Below are positions 5,238 to 7,432 of a DNA stretch of 7,432 nucleotides, one piece after another. This DNA is from an archaeon (GTDB lineage Archaea; Iainarchaeota; Iainarchaeia; Iainarchaeales; CSSED10-239). The stretch covers positions 1-7,432 of the forward strand of contig DAOOON010000031.1 in assembly GCA_035387745.1 (NCBI GenBank), written 5' to 3'. Position 1 is the stretch's first letter, and each line of letters opens with the position of its first letter. The position numbers and the translations under genes were made by a program. The notes under the pieces are model-generated. The model had not been told where the DNA came from, did no database searches, and saw only the letters and a program-made list of their open reading frames with translations.

Positions 5238-5418
5238 ATTTTTCTCTCTCTTAAAAATATTAACTAAATCCGGTTATTTGTTATATATGTTATGTATGAA
5301 AAGCTTTATAATCTTAAGGCAAAAGAAAGCTTTATATACTGTTTTTAAAATAGATATATATAAGGCTTAAATCTTAAGCTAAACCATTTCTATTACAAAA
5401 AATAAGGGGGTAAAATAA
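5238..5418. promoter_or_regulatory. Divergent intergenic promoter region (repeat-protein gene to the left, small membrane protein gene to the right)
   Basis: A 181-nt AT-rich spacer. It has two gaaa(a)gctttata boxes (5298..5310 and 5325..5337) that resemble purine-rich BRE plus TTTATA TATA elements. A further atatatataa stretch lies at 5354..5363. On the minus strand, catatataac (reverse complement of 5281..5290) is a candidate TATA for the repeat-protein gene. Transcription start sites were not determined. Confidence 0.4.
5404..5411 (+). promoter_or_regulatory. Shine-Dalgarno ribosome-binding site
   Basis: aagggggt, with the G-run at 5406..5410 lying 8 nt upstream of the ATG at 5419. It differs by one mismatch from AGGAGGT. 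Confidence 0.7.
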
Positions 5419-5769
5419 ATGGCAAAAAAAGAAACAAAAATAGGAGCTTATATATTTATTGCAGGAATTGTAATTGCAATAATTTCAGGCATATTAATGA
5501 ATTTTATAAGTCCAGTAGTAATTACATCTTTGTTAATGATACTTGGTCTAATTGTAGGATTCTTAAATATAACAGACAAAGAAGTTAAAGACTACTTACT
5601 TACAGCAGTGTGTCTTGTAATTGTTACATCTCTTGGGGGGGCATCAATACAAAATTTAATGATTATTGGTCCTTACTTAGCAGGAGTATTACACGCAATT
5701 ATGATATTCACAATACCTGCTACAATAGTAGTTGCATTAAAAGAAATAATTTCTATAGCTAAAAACTAA
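5419..5769 (+). CDS. Small hypothetical integral membrane protein (about 4 TM)
   Basis: A 116-aa ORF with a strong SD at optimal spacing. It has a short basic N-terminus (MAKKETK) followed by four hydrophobic segments, and an oligo-T tract follows the gene. I recognise no family. Confidence 0.75.
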   Translation: MAKKETKIGAYIFIAGIVIAIISGILMNFISPVVITSLLMILGLIVGFLNITDKEVKDYLLTAVCLVIVTSLGGASIQNLMIIGPYLAGVLHAIMIFTIPATIVVALKEIISIAKN

Positions 5770-5780
5770 AGAAATTTATT

Positions 5781-5800
5781 CTTTTTTCTTTTTCTTATTT
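5781..5800 (+). terminator. Oligo-T tract, candidate archaeal-type terminator for the 5419..5769 gene
   Basis: cttttttctttttcttattt contains a T6 and a T5 run and begins 12 nt after the stop codon. Archaeal RNA polymerase terminates at oligo-T stretches. Confidence 0.4.
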
Positions 5801-5821
5801 TATTCTAAAACTAGTTTTACT

Positions 5822-7432
5822 TTATTCTACAGTTACTGATTTTGCAAGATTTCTTGGTTGATCAATAGCACAGTCTTTAAAGTCTGCTATATAATAAGCT
5901 AGAAGTTGCATTGGTATAACATTAACAAAAGGCGTTAAATTTGAGCAGGTTATTGGAACAAAAATAACATGATCGCATAATTTCTCTATCTCTTCATCTC
6001 CTTGAGTAGCTATTGCTATGATACTTGCCCCTCTTGCCTTTGCCTCATGTATGTTAGATAAAACTTTATCATAGTTTAAATCACTGTTGGCAATAACTAC
6101 AACAGGCAAGCCCTTGTCAATTAAAGCAATCGGACCGTGCTTCATCTCTGCTGCTGGATAGCCTTCTGCGTGAATATAAGATATTTCTTTTAGTTTTAGG
6201 GCGCCTTCTAAAGCGATTGGATAATTTATTCCTCGTCCAAGATATAGTGTGTTTTTACAAATGTAATATTTTTTTGCAATTTCTTTTATTTTTTCTTCAT
6301 TTTCTTTTTTTAACTCTGCTCTTATTATGTGGGGTAATTCTAAAAGATTATTTATTAATTTTTTAGCGCCGGAGTCATCTATACTCCCGATAATTCTACC
6401 AAGATATAGGGTTAAAAGATTCAAACAAACTAGTTGGCTGGTAAATGCTTTTGTTGAAGCAACACCTATTTCTGGTCCTGCTCTAATATATATACCACCA
6501 TCACATTCTCTAGCAATTGTTGAACCAACAACATTAACAATACCAATTACTTTTGCACCTTTTTTCTTTGCTTCTCTAACTGCTGCAAGAGTGTCTGCTG
6601 TTTCTCCTGATTGACTTATTGCTATAATTAAAGTATTATTATCAATTATTGGATTTCTATATCTAAACTCAGAAGCATAATCAACTTCTACTGGAATTCT
6701 TAAAAAACCTTCCATAGAAAACTTTGCGACAAGACCACAATGCCAGGAGGTACCACAAGCAACAATAATTATTCTTTTTATATTTTTTATTTGCTCTGTA
6801 GTTAGGTTAATACCACCCAATTTTGCAGTATTATTCTCAAAATCAATTCTTCCTAAGATTGCTTGCTTTATAGTTTCTGGTTGCTCATGTATTTCTTTTA
6901 ACATAAAATGTTTATAGCCTTGCTTTTCTATTTCTTCTAGATTTGTTTCTATTTCTATGGTTTCTTTATCTAAAGTTATATTGTCAAGAGATGTAATTTC
7001 ACAACCACCATTAATACAAGCCATTTCATTATCTTCTAAATACATTACTTTCTTTGTGTGTTCAATTATTGCAGAAACATCGCTTGCCACAAAATATTCG
7101 CAATCTCCAATTCCAATAACTATTGGAGAACCGCGCCTAGCAACAATAAGTTCTTTACCTTGCTTATCTATAACTACAATACCAAAAGTACCCACAACTT
7201 TCTTTAAGGCCTTTTGAACTGCTTTTTTTAAGTCTCCTGAATAAAACTTCTCAATTAAGTGTGCTAATACTTCGGTGTCTGTTTCAGACTTGAAAACATG
7301 CCCTTCTTTTTCTAGAAATTTCTTTAAAGTTTCGAAGTTTTCAATTATACCATTATGTACTAATGCAATTTCTGTTTTACAATCAGTATGTGGGTGAGCA
7401 TTAATTACAGTAGGTTCTCCGTGTGTTGCCCA
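5822..7432 (-). CDS. glmS: Glutamine--fructose-6-phosphate aminotransferase (isomerising), 5'-partial (about the first 70 residues lie beyond the window end)
   Basis: The reading frame stays open upstream of the ATG at 7195 in the ORF track, all the way to 7432. My translation from 7432 is WATHGEPTVINAHPHTDCKTEIALVHNGIIENFETLKKFLEKEGHVFKSETDTEVLAHLIEKF..., which is the class II glutaminase domain (the WATHG motif is near residue 75 in characterised GlmS). Two SIS domains follow, with the hallmark motifs CGTSWHCGL, ASEFRYRNP and SQSGETADTLAA. The protein ends with the canonical GlmS C-terminus DQPRNLAKSVTVE. Confidence 0.97.
   Translation of the reverse strand, partial: WATHGEPTVINAHPHTDCKTEIALVHNGIIENFETLKKFLEKEGHVFKSETDTEVLAHLIEKFYSGDLKKAVQKALKKVVGTFGIVVIDKQGKELIVARRGSPIVIGIGDCEYFVASDVSAIIEHTKKVMYLEDNEMACINGGCEITSLDNITLDKETIEIETNLEEIEKQGYKHFMLKEIHEQPETIKQAILGRIDFENNTAKLGGINLTTEQIKNIKRIIIVACGTSWHCGLVAKFSMEGFLRIPVEVDYASEFRYRNPIIDNNTLIIAISQSGETADTLAAVREAKKKGAKVIGIVNVVGSTIARECDGGIYIRAGPEIGVASTKAFTSQLVCLNLLTLYLGRIIGSIDDSGAKKLINNLLELPHIIRAELKKENEEKIKEIAKKYYICKNTLYLGRGINYPIALEGALKLKEISYIHAEGYPAAEMKHGPIALIDKGLPVVVIANSDLNYDKVLSNIHEAKARGASIIAIATQGDEEIEKLCDHVIFVPITCSNLTPFVNVIPMQLLAYYIADFKDCAIDQPRNLAKSVTVE

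Noticed and set aside
5806-5819. Perfect 14-nt palindrome taaaactagtttta between the convergent small membrane gene and glmS, as a bidirectional hairpin terminator
   Set aside because: The stem would be only about 5 bp and almost entirely A-T, with a self-complementary ctag centre. That is too weak for a stable hairpin. The adjacent oligo-T tracts are the more plausible archaeal termination signal.
6327-6614. 95-aa ORF on the plus strand
   Set aside because: It is antisense inside glmS, whose frame is confirmed by the SIS-domain motifs. It is a shadow ORF.
5822-7195. glmS starting at the ATG at 7195, as in the ORF track (457 aa)
   Set aside because: The frame remains open to 7432 and encodes the conserved glutaminase domain (WATHGEP...HNGIIEN...). 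Met at 7195 is internal, and the true start (Met-Cys) lies beyond the window.
6957-7217. 86-aa ORF on the plus strand
   Set aside because: It is antisense inside glmS and spans the false internal start. It is a shadow ORF.
5822-7432. glmS ribozyme or riboswitch
   Set aside because: It would lie in the 5' UTR, which is outside this window. The element is known from Gram-positive bacteria, not archaea.
1-7432. Mobile element or genomic island signatures
   Set aside because: There is no integrase, transposase or recombinase ORF, no terminal inverted or direct flanking repeats, and no tRNA gene. The slightly higher G+C of the repeat gene is explained by its Ala/Gly-rich composition.

Overview
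AT-rich window, standard genetic code, compact gene packing. It is most likely from a small-genome archaeon. The evidence is a class III (archaeal type IV pilin) signal peptide at 511..~410(-), BRE/TATA-like boxes, and Shine-Dalgarno-like sites. Seven coding regions are supported. (1) 1..511(-): a pilin-like protein, 3'-partial. (2) 511..1752(-): a CPA-superfamily cation:proton antiporter, joined to (1) by a TAATG stop/start overlap. (3) 1858..2568(+): a diadenylate-cyclase (DAC/DisA_N) domain protein with an atypical architecture and an RHS variant of the RHR motif. (4) 2549..2992(+): a 4-TM protein whose start overlaps the DAC gene by 20 nt. (5) 2973..5237(-): a 754-aa protein with no signal peptide, built from roughly 50 strictly phased decapeptide repeats (L-x-x-A-G-[YF]-S-A-K-[ED]). 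It also carries a tandemly duplicated 105-aa Lys-rich N-terminal module. I cannot assign it to a named repeat family. (6) 5419..5769(+): a small 4-TM protein with a strong RBS. (7) 5822..7432(-): glmS, which runs off the window edge, so the ATG at 7195 in the ORF track is internal. The two items most worth follow-up are the decapeptide-repeat protein and the DAC plus 4-TM two-gene unit. The DAC unit is transcribed divergently from a regulatory-domain-less cation:proton antiporter and lies near glmS. All family assignments come from motif recognition by eye. No HMM, BLAST or structure searches were run.
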